NCBI GenBank assembly: GCA_030583725.1
Contig: CP129472.1
Location: forward strand, 465,902-529,901
DNA length: 64,000 nt
Origin: a bacterium
GTDB taxonomy: Bacteria > Patescibacteriota > Microgenomatia > UBA8517
Direction: 5' to 3'
Positions 63,642-64,000 of the stretch are shown in pieces. Each line of letters starts with the position of its first letter. The stretch's first letter is position 1. Under the pieces are notes generated by a model, which saw only the letters and a program-made list of their open reading frames with translations, was not told the DNA's origin and searched no databases. A program made the translations under genes and the position numbers.

Positions 63642-63944
63642 TCAGGCTTCGACAGCCAGAACATCGTCGAACTTCACAAATAAATATTCTTTGTTTTCGA
63701 TTTTGACTTCATTCCCACCCCATTTTTTATACAATACTGTTTCTCCTACTTTAGCTGGAGATTCTTTTTTACAGGAACCATCTTTACAATCACAAACTTC
63801 TGCTGAGCCCACAGCAATAACTTTACCCATTTGTGGTTTTTCTCCAGTTGTTTCTGGCAAATAAATACCCGATGAGGTTTTGACCTCTTTTTCTAGAGGT
63901 TCTATTAATAAATATCCTGAAGTTGGTTTTAAATTAACTTTCAT
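63642..63944 (-). CDS. groS: co-chaperonin GroES
   Basis: 100 aa with the mobile-loop and GroES signatures (LKPTSGYLLIEPLE...VGDTVLY-type). Confidence 0.9.
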   Translation of the reverse strand: MKVNLKPTSGYLLIEPLEKEVKTSSGIYLPETTGEKPQMGKVIAVGSAEVCDCKDGSCKKESPAKVGETVLYKKWGGNEVKIENKEYLFVKFDDVLAVEA

Positions 63945-63955
63945 ATTACTTCTCT

Positions 63956-64000
63956 ATTTTATGCATAGAATACGTTGTGTCAAGAGGCAATTTAGCAATA
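63956..64000 (-). promoter_or_regulatory. groES promoter (TTGACA-16-TAAAAT) with partial CIRCE arm at the window edge
   Basis: Minus-strand reading: TTGACA (plus 63978-63983), a 16-nt spacer, TAAAAT (plus 63956-63961), then the ATG 11 nt later. Plus-strand TTAGCAATA at 63992-64000 looks like a CIRCE half-site cut off by the end of the window. Confidence 0.4.

Noticed and set aside
1-64000. Alternative genetic code (UGA=Gly/Trp), as in some CPR lineages
   Set aside because: dnaK, metG and other genes terminate at TGA with sensible C-termini, and no in-frame TGA interrupts conserved domains. The standard code 11 fits.
1-64000. Mobile elements, integrases, phage genes, rRNA
   Set aside because: No transposase, integrase, phage structural motifs or rRNA-like conserved blocks were seen in any frame. 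The only RNA gene found is tRNA-Cys.

Overview
This 64 kb window is AT-rich and gene-dense, and most of it is minus-strand housekeeping operons. It uses the standard genetic code, since TGA and TAA both act as stops (for example at the end of dnaK). I found no rRNA, CRISPR array or transposase. The gene complement looks like a reduced-genome bacterium of the CPR/Patescibacteria type with a Gram-positive-like envelope, but the lineage cannot be fixed from sequence alone.

The supporting signs are:
- Several core proteins are shortened: AlaRS lacks the C-Ala domain, IF2 is 463 aa, HrcA is 240 aa, MetRS is 475 aa and GreA is 116 aa.
- The organism has a sortase, FemAB, an LCP protein, MurJ and MltG.
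- A PilN/PilO pair is present with no other pilus genes in the window.

Genes recognised, in order:
- rpoB (3' end truncated by the window edge), then mltG, a zinc-ribbon mini-protein and ruvX.
- A sortase and a 687-aa membrane protein, inserted into the conserved alaS-ruvX-mltG cluster, then alaS.
- A RodZ-like protein, ftsK, RNase J, a family-4 uracil-DNA glycosylase, a HAD hydrolase, a metallophosphoesterase and a stand-alone Lon AAA+ module.
- pnp (with an RGG-rich tail), rpsO, a degenerate DHH-like protein, infB, nusA and a Nudix hydrolase.
- The hrcA-grpE-dnaK-dnaJ heat-shock operon, preceded by a CIRCE/promoter overlap.
- A PIN/Phd-YefM toxin-antitoxin pair with a 28-bp perfect palindrome operator.
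- murJ, diverging from rpsT, then pilN and pilO.
- Three envelope proteins, two of them carrying C-terminal sortase-like sorting signals.
- An array of GT-C membrane glycosyltransferases plus an LCP phosphotransferase.
- A uvrD/pcrA-like helicase, two half-size FemAB paralogs, a UvrD helicase fused to a Cas4-like nuclease, a low-complexity 22-mer-repeat protein and rmuC.
- A YerC/TrpR-like protein and metG.
- A glycan cluster (processive GT2, UDP-xylose synthase, a GT39/ArnT-like enzyme, a WecA-like enzyme and a UbiA DPPR-synthase-like enzyme).
- A PEGA-SH3b protein, then hsp20 with its own CIRCE, followed by tRNA-Cys and a terminator.
- An M23 peptidase, a second Nudix hydrolase, an AlkA-like glycosylase, a mini-GreA and groES-groEL.

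The most interesting system-level observation is a surface-protein locus with three linked parts. Just downstream of pilN/pilO sit three genes for envelope proteins. Two of them end in Thr/Ser/Pro-rich linkers followed by a non-canonical PE[T/V]G motif and a hydrophobic helix, which resembles a sortase sorting signal. A sortase is encoded elsewhere in the window. The next genes downstream are PMT/GT39-type GT-C glycosyltransferases and an LCP enzyme. Together this suggests a sortase-plus-O-glycosylation surface-display system.

Many promoters match TTGACA-N16/17-TATAAT closely and sit about 7 to 10 nt from the ATG. This suggests that leaderless mRNAs are common here.
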